A DNA stretch of 63,835 bases, counting the filler, from Licmophora abbreviata (lineage: Eukaryota): NCBI GenBank assembly GCA_900291995.1. It is 14 parts of 14 records of this genome, joined end to end, with 100 filler letters (N's around TTAATTAATTAA, not from the genome) between each part and the next. Parts side by side here need not be neighbours in the genome. Positions count along the whole stretch, not along the records: positions 9,151 to 24,689 come from OLMU01002274.1; 13 more parts are not named here. One strand, given 5' to 3'. The notes under the pieces were generated by a model, which was given only the letters and a program-made list of their open reading frames with translations, made no database searches and was not told the DNA's origin. Shown here in pieces: positions 10,520 to 21,243 of this stretch (position 1 is its first letter; every line of letters starts with the position of its first letter). A program made the position numbers and the translations under genes.

Positions 10520-10942
10520 TCAGTCGTCGCGATGAACCTTCTCGCGACGCTCGTGACGCTCCTGCGCCTCGAGGCTCATGGTCGCGATGGGGCGCGCGTC
10601 AAGCCTCTTGAGGCTGATCGGCTCGCCTGTGACCTCGCAGTATCCGTATTCGCCGTTGTCGATTCGGCGTAGCGCGGCGTCGATCTTGGTCACCAGCTTG
10701 CGCTGCCGGTCGCGCGTGCGCAGCTCGAGCGCGCGGTCGGTTTCTTCGCTGGCACGGTCGGCCACATCGGGAATGGCGCGCGTGCCATCCTGCAACCCTT
10801 CGATCGTGTCGCGGCTGTCCTCCAGCAATTCATTTTTCCAGGTAATAAGTTTGCGACGGAAATACTCAAGTTGCCGGTCATTCATGAACGGCTCATCTTC
10901 GGCCGGGTGATAATCCTCGGGCAGAAAGACTTCGGCTTTCAT
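10520..10942 (-). CDS. dksA: RNA polymerase-binding protein DksA
   Basis: FMNDRQLEYFR, DVADRASEE (DxxDxA), RLDARP. Confidence 0.95.
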   Translation of the reverse strand: MKAEVFLPEDYHPAEDEPFMNDRQLEYFRRKLITWKNELLEDSRDTIEGLQDGTRAIPDVADRASEETDRALELRTRDRQRKLVTKIDAALRRIDNGEYGYCEVTGEPISLKRLDARPIATMSLEAQERHERREKVHRDD

Positions 10943-11133
10943 TTTGTTCCCCTCATCAAGGCCAACGTCTGGCATGAAAGTCTCCTCAGATCGCGGCGCT
11001 TCCTTGGCGCAGGAACTACACTCCGAGACTGCGAATGTCACTAGGCAATCACGCTGCATTGATGTGTTTTATATATGGGCTTACTGTGCCATCTTCAGCG
11101 GATTGAATGCCCGCGCAAAGGAGCAAAGCCGAC

Positions 11134-11973
11134 ATGAAATTCGAAGGGACCGACTCTTATGTCGCGACTGACGATCTGACCGTTGCCGTGAATGCGGCCG
11201 TCACGCTTGAACGTCCTTTGCTGGTCAAGGGCGAGCCAGGCACGGGCAAGACTGAGCTTGCGCGACAGGTGGCGCAGGCGCTTGGCCTTCGGATGATCGA
11301 GTGGAACATCAAGTCCACCACCAAGGCCCAGCAAGGGCTTTACGAATACGATGCCGTCTCACGTCTGCGCGACAGCCAGCTTGGGGATGAGCGAGTGCAC
11401 GATGTGCGCAACTACATCCGCAAAGGCAAATTATGGGAGGCCTTCGAGGCCGATGAAAAGGTCGTGCTGCTGATCGACGAGATCGACAAGGCGGATATCG
11501 AGTTTCCGAACGACCTCCTGCAAGAGCTCGACCGGATGGAGTTTTATGTCTACGAGACCGGCGAAACGATCCGCGCGCGGAACAGACCCATCGTCATCAT
11601 CACCTCGAACAACGAAAAGGAACTGCCCGATGCGTTCCTGAGGCGGTGTTTCTTCCATTATATCCGGTTCCCCGACATGGACACGATGCGCCAGATCGTC
11701 GAGGTGCATCATCCAGGGATCAAGGATCAGCTTCTGACAACCGCGCTGACGCAATTCTACGAGATCCGCGAGCAGTCTGGTCTGAGAAAGAAGCCCTCCA
11801 CTTCCGAAGTGCTGGACTGGTTGAAACTGCTTTTGGCCGAGGACCTGACTCATGAGGACCTCAAGCGCGACGGGGCGGATGCGCTGCCGAAATTGCATGG
11901 AGCCCTTTTGAAGAACGAACAGGACGTACATCTTTTCGAGCGGCTCGCCTTTATGGCGCGGCGATCCCGCTGA
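11134..11973 (+). CDS. MoxR-family AAA+ ATPase
   Basis: GEPGTGKT, LLIDEIDKAD, TSNNEKELPDAFLRRC. Confidence 0.93.
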   Translation: MKFEGTDSYVATDDLTVAVNAAVTLERPLLVKGEPGTGKTELARQVAQALGLRMIEWNIKSTTKAQQGLYEYDAVSRLRDSQLGDERVHDVRNYIRKGKLWEAFEADEKVVLLIDEIDKADIEFPNDLLQELDRMEFYVYETGETIRARNRPIVIITSNNEKELPDAFLRRCFFHYIRFPDMDTMRQIVEVHHPGIKDQLLTTALTQFYEIREQSGLRKKPSTSEVLDWLKLLLAEDLTHEDLKRDGADALPKLHGALLKNEQDVHLFERLAFMARRSR

Positions 11974-12253
11974 ACAAGATGTGACCGGCATGAACTTGTT
12001 TTTCCGACATAAAACGACGCCTTGCCATGCAAGAGATGTGGAAAAACGCACCGGTCACAGTTTTGCCCCCCGCCTTCCTTATCTTGGACAGCAAGCTTGG
12101 GTTTACAGGTCAGGTTCCATTGCTGGCGCGGGTTGCCAAGGCGATGATCCGGCCTGCCATGGCTCCGGATTGCCTGATCGACACAGCCAAGGAACTCCTG
12201 TGCGGGGCGGTAACGCCCCGTTCGAGTTGGTGTTGGGTTCAGGTTTCGGAGGC

Positions 12254-13624
12254 ATGATGCGCCGTATAATAGTACCACTTTGCTTGGCGCTCGGGGCCTG
12301 CGTGCCCAATACAGCGAGTGAAATGCCGTCGCGTGCAGCAACGCATGAAGAAAGCGCCATGCCGGCGATGAAAATGTTCGGCAATCCGGAACCGATGCCC
12401 CCCGCGCGATCCAACCGCGATATCGAGCGGGACTTTCTGGAATTAGCGTTCCAGTTGGAATCGGGGCGCACCCTGCCCTATCTCTCACGCTTCGATGGAC
12501 CGATCACGATTCGAGTGACCGGGTCTCCGCCCCCGACCCTGATGCCTGATCTCAACCGTGTGGTGAACCGACTGCGCACCGAGGCCGGTATAGATGTCAT
12601 GGCCGTGCGAGGCGGCGACGCCAATATCACGATCGAGGCGGTGTCGCGATCCGATATCAGGCGTCATCTGCCACAAGCCGCCTGCTTCGTGGTTCCCAAT
12701 ATCTCGAGCCTCGCGGAATACAGCAAAGCCCGCCATACGCGCGCCACGAATTGGAGCCTGTTGACAGAACGCCAAAGGCTGGCGGTTTTCCTGCCCAACG
12801 ATGCCTCGCCACAAGAAGTTCGCGACTGCCTGCACGAAGAGCTTGCGCAGGCGATAGGGCCTCTCAACGATCTCTACAGGCTGCACGACTCGGTGTTCAA
12901 TGACGACAACGTGCACACGGTGCTCACCGGGTTCGATATGCTCATCCTGCGCGCCTATTACGCGCCAGAATTGCGCTCCGGCATGACGCGCGCGCAAGTG
13001 GCCGCCCGATTGCCGGGCATTCTGAGCAGACTCAATCCAACCGGTGATACGATCGCGCCGCGCAACAGCAGCAGTACGCCGCGCGCTTGGGTGCGCGCCA
13101 TCCAGACAGCGCTTGGTCCGGGCGCGCGCGCCCCCGAACGTCGCGAGGCCGCACTCGAGGCCTTGCAGATCGCGCAAGCGGTCGGCTGGCAGGATCACAG
13201 GCTTGCCTTCAGCCATTTCGCGCTTGGACGATTGACCCAGTCAACGGACCCGGATTTCGCCCATGACCAATTCCTGATCGCCGATCGCATTTATCGCCAG
13301 TCGCCCGGAACGGACCTGCACCGCGCCTATACCGCGTCGCAACTGGCCGCGTATGCCATCAGCGAGGGACGGGGCCATGATGCGCTCAAACTGGTGGAGC
13401 CGCATATGGCCGTGGCCAGAAGCCATGAAAACGCGGCCCTTCTGGCCACACTCATGATGCTGCAGGCAGAGGCGCTCGATCAGGTCGGCCGCGTCACCGA
13501 AGCACATGCCGTTCGGCTGGACAGTCTGGGCTGGGCGCGTTACGGGTTCGGTGCGGATTGGGCGGTGCGCGCGAAGCTGCGCGAAATCACCATGCTCAAC
13601 CCGATCAGGGGATCAGACGGGTAA
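12254..13624 (+). CDS. DUF2927-type lipoprotein with TPR-like C-terminus
   Basis: Lipobox LGAC; CLHEELAQAIGPLND and SVFNDD motifs. Confidence 0.8.
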   Translation: MMRRIIVPLCLALGACVPNTASEMPSRAATHEESAMPAMKMFGNPEPMPPARSNRDIERDFLELAFQLESGRTLPYLSRFDGPITIRVTGSPPPTLMPDLNRVVNRLRTEAGIDVMAVRGGDANITIEAVSRSDIRRHLPQAACFVVPNISSLAEYSKARHTRATNWSLLTERQRLAVFLPNDASPQEVRDCLHEELAQAIGPLNDLYRLHDSVFNDDNVHTVLTGFDMLILRAYYAPELRSGMTRAQVAARLPGILSRLNPTGDTIAPRNSSSTPRAWVRAIQTALGPGARAPERREAALEALQIAQAVGWQDHRLAFSHFALGRLTQSTDPDFAHDQFLIADRIYRQSPGTDLHRAYTASQLAAYAISEGRGHDALKLVEPHMAVARSHENAALLATLMMLQAEALDQVGRVTEAHAVRLDSLGWARYGFGADWAVRAKLREITMLNPIRGSDG

Positions 13625-13633
13625 AACGAACAT

Positions 13634-13801
13634 ATGATCATCATCGTCGGAGCCATTCTGGGCGCCACTATCGGAGCCATGATCGCCAAGCGCCGCAAAG
13701 GCAAATTGGCCGATATCCTCCAATACGCCTTTGTCTATGCGCTGGTCTTCACGCTGGCCGGTCTGTTCCTCACGCTGATCATCCACCGCGCCTCGATCTG
13801 A
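13634..13801 (+). CDS. Small two-TM membrane protein, 55 aa (not in ORF track)
   Basis: MIIIVGAILGATIGAMIAKRRKGKLADILQYAFVYALVFTLAGLFLTLIIHRASI*; fills the gap in the operon. Confidence 0.8.
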   Translation: MIIIVGAILGATIGAMIAKRRKGKLADILQYAFVYALVFTLAGLFLTLIIHRASI

Positions 13802-13811
13802 GGGGGCGCGC

Positions 13812-14996
13812 ATGTTCCTGCCGTTCTTCGAAAATCTTCGCAAGGCCGGTATTCCCGTCAGTCTGCGCGAATACCTGACCTTTCTGGAGGCGATGACGGC
13901 GGATCTGGTCACCTATGACCTTGAGGGGTTCTATTATCTGGCGCGCGCGTCCATGGTGAAGGACGAGCGGATGATCGACCGTTTCGACCGCGCCTTCGCC
14001 GCCAGTTTCCAGGGTCTGGAAGAGCTCTCGGCGGCAGATGTGCTGAACGCGGTCGATCTGCCGGCTGAATGGCTTCAGAAGCTCGCGGAAAAGCATCTGA
14101 GCGAAGAGCAGAAGGCCGAAATCGAAGCGCTTGGCGGGTTCGACAAGCTGATGGAGACGCTCAAGGAGCGCTTGCGCGACCAGCAGGGCCGCCATCAGGG
14201 CGGCAACAAATGGATCGGCACGGCGGGCACCTCCCCTTTCGGCGCCTATGGCTACAACCCCGAAGGCGTGCGCATCGGACAGGATCAATCCCGTCATCGC
14301 CGCGCGGTAAAGGTTTGGGACAAACGGGAATTCCGCAATCTGGACGACAATGTCGAGTTGGGCACCCGCAACATCAAGGTGGCGCTCAAACGCCTTCGGC
14401 AATGGGCCCGCAGCGGCGCGGCAGACGAGTTGGACCTTGACGGCACGATCCGCGCCACCGCCGAGCATGGCTATCTCGACGTTCAAACCCGTCCCGAGCG
14501 GCGCAATGCCGTCAAGGTGCTGCTGTTTCTCGATGTCGGCGGATCGATGGACCCGCATGTGAAAGTGGTCGAGGAATTGTTCAGCGCGGCGCGCGCCGAA
14601 TTCAAGTACATGGAATATTTCTATTTCCATAATTGTCTCTACGAGGGTGTCTGGCGCGACAACCACCGCCGGTGGGATGCGCAGACGCCGACATGGGATG
14701 TGCTGCATACCTATGGCCCCGATTACAAATGTATTTTCGTAGGCGATGCCAGTATGAGCCCCTACGAAATCGCCTATCCCGGAGGCGCCAACGAACATTG
14801 GAACGCCGAAGCCGGTCAGGTCTGGCTGGAACGCGCGCGCCAGCAATGGCCAAGCCATGTCTGGATCAACCCGGTGCCTGAGCAATATTGGGGGCATACC
14901 CATTCGGTCCGCATGATCTCGGAGATCTTCGAGGGGCGCATGGTTCCGATGACCCTGCGCGGGATCGATCAGGCGATGCGCGATCTGGTCCGCTGA
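13812..14996 (+). CDS. VWA-domain protein (CoxE-like), likely MoxR partner
   Basis: MIDAS DVGGSM, FVGDASM, WINP. Confidence 0.9.
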   Translation: MFLPFFENLRKAGIPVSLREYLTFLEAMTADLVTYDLEGFYYLARASMVKDERMIDRFDRAFAASFQGLEELSAADVLNAVDLPAEWLQKLAEKHLSEEQKAEIEALGGFDKLMETLKERLRDQQGRHQGGNKWIGTAGTSPFGAYGYNPEGVRIGQDQSRHRRAVKVWDKREFRNLDDNVELGTRNIKVALKRLRQWARSGAADELDLDGTIRATAEHGYLDVQTRPERRNAVKVLLFLDVGGSMDPHVKVVEELFSAARAEFKYMEYFYFHNCLYEGVWRDNHRRWDAQTPTWDVLHTYGPDYKCIFVGDASMSPYEIAYPGGANEHWNAEAGQVWLERARQQWPSHVWINPVPEQYWGHTHSVRMISEIFEGRMVPMTLRGIDQAMRDLVR

Positions 14997-15018
14997 AGCG
15001 ATGCTCATGCCATGTACG

Positions 15019-15046
15019 AAGGCCGCCCCGTCAGGGCGGCCTTTTG
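15019..15046. terminator. Probable bidirectional terminator
   Basis: AAGGCCGCCC-cgtca-GGGCGGCCTTTT between convergent genes. Confidence 0.75.
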
Positions 15047-15074
15047 CGTTTTTCTGCGCGGCGATGACGCGGGA

Positions 15075-17428
15075 TCAGTTGCCGATCAGCGCCGGCACGA
15101 TCGTCACGATCGCCGGGAAAAGGAACAAGATTCCCAGACCGACAACCTGGATCAACACGAACGGAAGCACACCGCGATAGATATGCCCGGTCGTCACCTC
15201 TTTTGGCGCAACCCCCCGCAGATAGAACAAGGCAAAGCCGAAAGGTGGTGTCAGGAAGCTGGTCTGCAGGTTGACGGCGATCATGATGGTCACCCATTTC
15301 GGATCGAACGTCCCGCCATAGATCACCGGCCCCACGATCGGGATGACGATGTAGATGATCTCGAGAAAATCCAGAACGAAGCCCAGAATGAACAGCACGA
15401 GCATCACGATCAGGAACACTTTGTATTCATTGTCGAAGCTGCGCAGGAATTGCTGGATATAGTGCTCTCCACCAAAAGAGATGACCACGAGGTTCAGCAA
15501 TTGCGAGCCGATCAGGATGGTAAAGACCATGGACGTGACCTTGGCGGTCTCGCGCACGACCGGGGTCAGAACCCCACCCGCGAACAACACCCAACATGCA
15601 TAAAGCAGTCCGAATGCCGCATAGAGGTAAGCGGCATAGGCGCCAAAGAAGGCCAGCCAGCTTTCCAGCGGCACATGTTCCTGAGTGATGCGCAGGTCGA
15701 AATTGACCCCAAGAAGGATCGACACGATGATCGCCAGCGTCGAGTAGATGATGACCATGCCCGAGCGGTCCTCGTCGCGCAAACGGCGATAAGCCGCTAG
15801 CATGATCGCACCGCCCGCACCGAGGGCGGCGGCAGGCGTCGGGTTCGTGATCCCGCCGAGGATCGAGCCCAGCACCGCCACGATCAGAACCAGTGGTGGA
15901 AAAACCACGCGGATCAACTCGTTCTGCGCAAGTCGGACCACCCCATGGGAACAGCCATAAAGCGCCAGGGCATAGGGGATCGCAAGGATCAGCAGCGAAA
16001 CCCCGGAACTGGTGGAGGGTGCGATCAGGAGCACATCCGCGATCAGGGCCAGCACGATCCCGAGTGCCCCGACAAGCAGCGGTGCCTGCTCAGCCGTCGG
16101 GCGCACACCGCGCGCCACCACAAGGATCAGCGAGAGCAGAAGCAGGATGGTCGCGACACCGGTTCCGATCGGCGCGGCATTCGCCTCTTTCTCGGCGACA
16201 AGCTTGGCGATTTGCTCAGGCGTGAGGCGCGTGCTCTCCGTCTGCCCGCCAACCTCATCGATGGCTTTTTGTTCGGCCACGGCCTCGTCCCAGGCTTCTT
16301 GGCCATGCAGTTCGATCATGGAAGCCTTGCAGGTATCACTGACGTTGGTGCGCAGAGACGCAGAGGCCCCACGATCCGTGAAGCTGTCGACCTGCAGGTT
16401 TTGCGAGCCGATGACATTCACCTGGCTGAGCAGAAGCATCCCCGCAACCAGCGCGGTCGGAACCCCGACGAACCAAGTAAACGCCTCGTTGCGGCTCAAA
16501 GGCTCGGCATTGGCCCGGCCCAGTTCCACCGCAGGCGCCCGGCTGGGATTGAAGAGCGCATATCCGAAGGCATAAAGCGCATAGAGCAGCGCCAACATGA
16601 TACCGGGCAGCAAGGCGGCCTGAAACAGTGTTCCCACGGACACGACAGCCGGTTCGCCCAGATAGGTCAGCGCATCGGTGCAGCCGGCTGTTTGCGCGCG
16701 CGCTTCCTGTGCTGTGGAATAAAGGTCCCCCGCGAGTGTCCCCAGAAGAACGATCACAATGGATGGCGGGATGATCTGCCCCAACGTGCCGCTTGCGGCG
16801 ATGACGCCGGTCGCGATCTCGGGGCTGTAATTGTTGCGCAGCATCGTTGGCAGGGACAAAAGCCCCATCGTAACGACCGTCGCTCCGACAATTCCGGTCG
16901 ATGCCGCCAGAAACGCCCCCACGACCACGACCGACACCGCCAGCCCGCCCGGAAGCGGGCCGAAGACCCGCGCCATGGTGGTAAGCAGGTCATTGGCGAT
17001 CTTCGAGCGTTCCAGCGTGATCCCCATCATCACGAACATCAGAACGGCCAGCAGGGTCTCGATGGATTGGCCCGCGAGCACACGCTCGTTGATCCGGTTG
17101 ACGATGAAACTCACGTTGCGATCAAGAGCCACTTCCCAACCCTGCGGAAAGACCGGCTCGCCGATCCGCGGCAATTCGGGATATCGGAAAATCGAAATCG
17201 TCTCGGGCCTGATGCCCGATGCGATCAGAGCATCATAGGCCTGGCTCGATGTGTCGATCGCCTGATGGATCAGCAAACCCGCGCTATCAAGTGCTGCGAT
17301 GATCCCGAAGGACAGGATGCCGGCACCGCCGATGGCAAAGGCCACCGGAAAACCTGAAAGGATCCCGCCGAAAAGACACAGGAACACGATGATCAGGCCG
17401 ATCTCGACTCCGTCAAGTCCGATAACAT
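15075..17428 (-). CDS. dctM: TRAP transporter large permease DctM; apparent 1-nt frameshift just after the start
   Basis: SGFPVAFAI, GTLGQIIPPS, TSFLTPPFGFALFYL; RBS-preceded ATG at 17428 is out of frame with the body. Confidence 0.88.
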
Positions 17429-17442
17429 GGCTGCCCGTCCCC

Positions 17443-18372
17443 TTAATGTGTGCCTTCGAAGGCTTCTTGGCCCTCGCCAAGACTATCCTTGTCGAGATAC
17501 TTGTTTTCGCTTTCCGGTCCTTCGCGCCACTCGAGGAAAGACCGGTAGAAGAACGCCACTGCATGGATGAAGACCATGCCCGCAAAGGCGACGAGCAGGA
17601 CCTTGAACAGGAAATACGCGTTGAACCCGTTGGGCGAGAAGCCGATCGTCTCAACGTTCCAGCGTAGTGCGCGCGACTTCATCAAGAGACGATCGAGGGA
17701 CTCGCTGGCCGATGGGTTGGGCACGATCAGATGGCGCCACATGAAGAACCAGCCATAGAGCCAGATGATGACCGCCATTGGCATCATGAAGAGCAACGAT
17801 CCGACCATATCGATGACCCGTTTGGTACGAAAGCTGACCGCGGAATAGATCAGATCGACACGCACATGCCCGCCCTGAACGAATGTGTAGGTGGCGCAAA
17901 GCGACACGACCAGAGCGTTGTAGAGTTTGAGTTCCTCGGACCACCAGCTGATATCCATCTCGAGCGGAATGCCAAAGCCGATCACGATTTCGGGCCGCGC
18001 GAAGATACGCTGCAGAAAGACGATGATGATCTGCTGGATCACCATGATAAGCCCGGCCCATGCGAAAAACCGCCCGACAGTGTTGGCAAAACCTTCGAGT
18101 ACGCGCACGCATCCCCACATGAACCCGTTGCGCCACAGGCCGATGCCCGTGCAGACGAGGAACGCGGTGAAGACCACGAAAAAGAATTCCACCGATCCGC
18201 CGTAATAGACGAACCGCATGATCGCTTCCTTGTTCGACCAGTCGAGCCAAAGATGCGGATGACTGATCGCATAGCCCAGATTGTAGAAGGCCATGGCAAT
18301 GTTCTGAACAAGCCACAGAATGCCATCCAGAACGGCACCTAGCCCGCCGGTTGTGGCAGTATCATTCATCAC
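17443..18372 (-). CDS. dctQ: TRAP small permease DctQ
   Basis: GGHVRVDL motif, four-TM core, lies between dctP and dctM. Confidence 0.88.
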   Translation of the reverse strand: MMNDTATTGGLGAVLDGILWLVQNIAMAFYNLGYAISHPHLWLDWSNKEAIMRFVYYGGSVEFFFVVFTAFLVCTGIGLWRNGFMWGCVRVLEGFANTVGRFFAWAGLIMVIQQIIIVFLQRIFARPEIVIGFGIPLEMDISWWSEELKLYNALVVSLCATYTFVQGGHVRVDLIYSAVSFRTKRVIDMVGSLLFMMPMAVIIWLYGWFFMWRHLIVPNPSASESLDRLLMKSRALRWNVETIGFSPNGFNAYFLFKVLLVAFAGMVFIHAVAFFYRSFLEWREGPESENKYLDKDSLGEGQEAFEGTH

Positions 18373-18507
18373 GACAATCCCCGAATGGTCTGCAAGTCAT
18401 CGCCCTGTTTACGCGTCGGTCTTTCCGGCAGGGTCTTGCAAGGCTGGCCGGCAGAAGATGCCGTGCCCCCACCAAAGGGGGACACAGCCAATGCTTTCAA
18501 GCCCAGC

Positions 18508-19593
18508 TTAGAGGCCCATCACGCGGTTACGCTGCGCGGCGAATTCGCCTTCCGAGCGGCTGGCCCAGGACGCCGAGCTTGCCAGCGACGCCATGTAGCT
18601 GTCGTAGCAGGTCTTGTAGATCTCGTCGCTCAGGGATTCCTCGACCACCTCTTTCGACGCGGCACCGAACGCATCCCAGATGGCGTCCGAGAAGCTCAGA
18701 AGCTTCACTCCGCTCGACTGCAGACGTGTCAGGGCCGCCGAGTTGTTGGCCATGAACAGCGACATGGTCCACAGGTTCGAGGCGCGCGCGGCATTTTCGA
18801 TGATCGACTGCTGCGCGGGCGTCAGGCCTTCATAGACTTCGAGGTTCACGTTCAAGTTCAGGTTCGGACCCGGCTCGTGGAAGCCGCCTGTGTAATAGAA
18901 CTTGGTGATTTCCTGGAAACCGGCCTTTTCATCCGCCCAGGGACCGATCCACTCGGTGCCGTCGATCGCACCCGAGGCCAGCGCCTGATACACTTCGGCA
19001 CCAGGCAGGTTCTGCACCGAGGCGCCCAGCTTGCCCATTACCTGGCCACCCTGCCCCGGCATCCGGAACCGCAGGCCCTGGAAGTCTTCGACGGCATTCA
19101 TCTCCTTGGCGTACCAGCCGCCGGATTGCGGGCCGGTGTTGCCCGCCGGGAAGCTCTTGAGGCCGAAGATCGAATACAGCTCGTCGGCCAGCTCACGGCC
19201 GCCATCGTGATCGAACCAGTTGTTGAATTCCTGGAACGTCATCCCGAAGGGCACCTGGCTGAAGAAAGACAGCGCAGGGTGCTGGCTGAGGAAATAGTAA
19301 TCCACACCGTGGAACAGGTCGGCCTGTCCGGCGGTCACGGCATCGAACACCTCGAAGGCGCCGACCAGTTCGCCCGCGGCCTTCAGATCCACGGTCAACT
19401 GACCGTCGCTCATCGCGGTGATCGCGTCGGCACAGTATTGCGCGCTGTCATGCACGCCAGCCAAGCCGCGACCCCATGTAGTCACCAAGGTCAGGGTGCG
19501 CTTTCCCTGCGCATAGGCAGGGGCGGCCAGACCTGCAGCCGCGGCTGCAGTGCCGCCAAGCGCGGAATTCTTCAGAAACGAACGACGATCCAT
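18508..19593 (-). CDS. dctP: TRAP substrate-binding protein (TakP/SmoM-like) with Tat signal
   Basis: MDRRSFLK twin-arginine; GNTGPQSGGW, GLRFRMPG, EWIGPWAD. Confidence 0.92.
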   Translation of the reverse strand: MDRRSFLKNSALGGTAAAAAGLAAPAYAQGKRTLTLVTTWGRGLAGVHDSAQYCADAITAMSDGQLTVDLKAAGELVGAFEVFDAVTAGQADLFHGVDYYFLSQHPALSFFSQVPFGMTFQEFNNWFDHDGGRELADELYSIFGLKSFPAGNTGPQSGGWYAKEMNAVEDFQGLRFRMPGQGGQVMGKLGASVQNLPGAEVYQALASGAIDGTEWIGPWADEKAGFQEITKFYYTGGFHEPGPNLNLNVNLEVYEGLTPAQQSIIENAARASNLWTMSLFMANNSAALTRLQSSGVKLLSFSDAIWDAFGAASKEVVEESLSDEIYKTCYDSYMASLASSASWASRSEGEFAAQRNRVMGL

Positions 19594-19692
19594 AGGTATC
19601 TCCTCCTGGATATGAGCCTTCGCCAAATCCTCCGGCGGCGCAAGACTCGGTTGAAGTAGCGGGAACCTAGCGTGTGATGGCACTGACGCAAA

Positions 19693-19708
19693 TACCAACT
19701 AATGCGTA
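19693..19708. promoter_or_regulatory. Putative NarL/LuxR-type 7-2-7 inverted operator
   Basis: TACCAAC-TA-ATGCGTA between dctP and the divergent kinase/LuxR pair. Confidence 0.5.
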
Positions 19709-19839
19709 GATTGCATCAAAAAGGGCAAAAAATGAGACCCCCGGCCCTGACGCACCCGCACGCGCGGAACAGCGGGCTAGGATTTTCTATCAATTCAAGT
19801 TAATCGGGCGCGGAAACGTCCCTGATCGACAGTGCCTGC

Positions 19840-21243
19840 ATGAATTACGGCCAGAAACTCTTTCTCACCGCGACACTGCCACTGATCCTCGCGGCGGTCG
19901 CGATATCGGTTCTGGTCACGCTGCAGTCCCGCCAGCTCGCCGAGCGCGAAATCCGGCAGCTCGAAGAACAGTTGATCGCGGCCAAACGGGCCGAATTGAA
20001 GAACTACCTGTCGCTGGCCCGCAATGCCGTCATCAACATCTATGGCCGCGCGGGCCCCGAAGACGAGGCAGCCAAGCTTGAAGTGACGCGCACCCTTGCG
20101 GCGATGCTCTATGGTCAGGACGGATATTTCTTTGTCTTCGATTATGACGGCAACAACCTTGTCAGCCCTCGAAAAACCGATCTGATCGGCGCCAACTGGA
20201 GCGGGATGACCGATCCGAACGGGATTGAGATCACCGACGCGCTGATCCGCTTGGCACGCACCGGCGGCGGCTATCATACCTATGACTGGCCCAAGCCCTC
20301 GACCGGCGAGATCGCCCGCATGGCGGTCTATGTGATCGGCTTTCAGGACTGGCGTTGGGCCATCGGCACCGGCGTCTTCATCGACGATGTGGTGGCCACC
20401 GTGGCCGCGTCCCGTGAACAGGTGGAAACCCGAGTGCAGCGGACATTCCTCTATATCGGGGGGATCACGCTGGCTGCATTGCTGCTCGTGTTCACCAGCG
20501 GGTTGTTCATAAACATCCGCGACAGGCGGTTGGCCGATGCGAAGCTGAAGAAACTGACGCAAAGGGTTTTCGACGCACAGGAAGAGGAACGCCGGCGCGT
20601 CGCCCGCGAATTGCATGACGGGATCAGCCAGATCCTCGTCGGTGTGCGCTTTTCGCTGGAAATCGCAAAACGCCGGCTGGCCAATGGTGACAGCGCCGGC
20701 AGCGATAACCTGGATCAGGGCATAGAACACCTGTCCGGCGCCATTCAGGAAGTGCGCCGCATCAGCCGCGATCTGCGCCCCGGCGTGCTGGACGATCTCG
20801 GGCTTGGTCCCGCGATCCGGACCTTGGCGGAAGATTTCGGTCAGCGCACCGGCATCGAGGTTTCGTTCGATACTGTCGTTTTCCGCAACCGCCTTGATGA
20901 AGAAGCAAAGATCGCCCTTTACCGGGTCGCCCAGGAAGCCATGACCAATATCGAGCGTCATTCCGGTGCAACCCATGTGGCGATTGACCTGCGCGGCCAT
21001 AGCCGGGGCGCCACCTTGAAGATCTCCGACAATGGCCGCGGCATTCACCCCGATGATCCGACCAACGCCCATGCCACAGGTCTGGGCCTTCGCAACATGC
21101 AGGAACGGGTCGAGCAATTGAACGGGACGCTGCGGATCCAGTCGTCGCGAAACGGCGGCACCCTGGTCGAGGCCAATGTGCCCCTTACCCATCTTCTGCC
21201 CCCACAGGATCGCCTTGGCGACGAGACAAGAGCCACCGCATGA
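19840..21243 (+). CDS. Cache-domain sensor histidine kinase (HisKA_3, MctS-like)
   Basis: DGYFFVFD Cache domain; EERRRVARELHDGISQ; DNGRG; GLGLRNM. Confidence 0.92.
   Translation: MNYGQKLFLTATLPLILAAVAISVLVTLQSRQLAEREIRQLEEQLIAAKRAELKNYLSLARNAVINIYGRAGPEDEAAKLEVTRTLAAMLYGQDGYFFVFDYDGNNLVSPRKTDLIGANWSGMTDPNGIEITDALIRLARTGGGYHTYDWPKPSTGEIARMAVYVIGFQDWRWAIGTGVFIDDVVATVAASREQVETRVQRTFLYIGGITLAALLLVFTSGLFINIRDRRLADAKLKKLTQRVFDAQEEERRRVARELHDGISQILVGVRFSLEIAKRRLANGDSAGSDNLDQGIEHLSGAIQEVRRISRDLRPGVLDDLGLGPAIRTLAEDFGQRTGIEVSFDTVVFRNRLDEEAKIALYRVAQEAMTNIERHSGATHVAIDLRGHSRGATLKISDNGRGIHPDDPTNAHATGLGLRNMQERVEQLNGTLRIQSSRNGGTLVEANVPLTHLLPPQDRLGDETRATA

Noticed and set aside
12060..12230. SRP (4.5S) or 6S RNA
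   Set aside because: No SRP helix-8 GGAA-loop motif and not the usual 6S gene context
15075..17654. 859-aa ORF as an N-terminally extended DctM
   Set aside because: The extension overlaps dctQ in another frame and results from the frameshift at the true start
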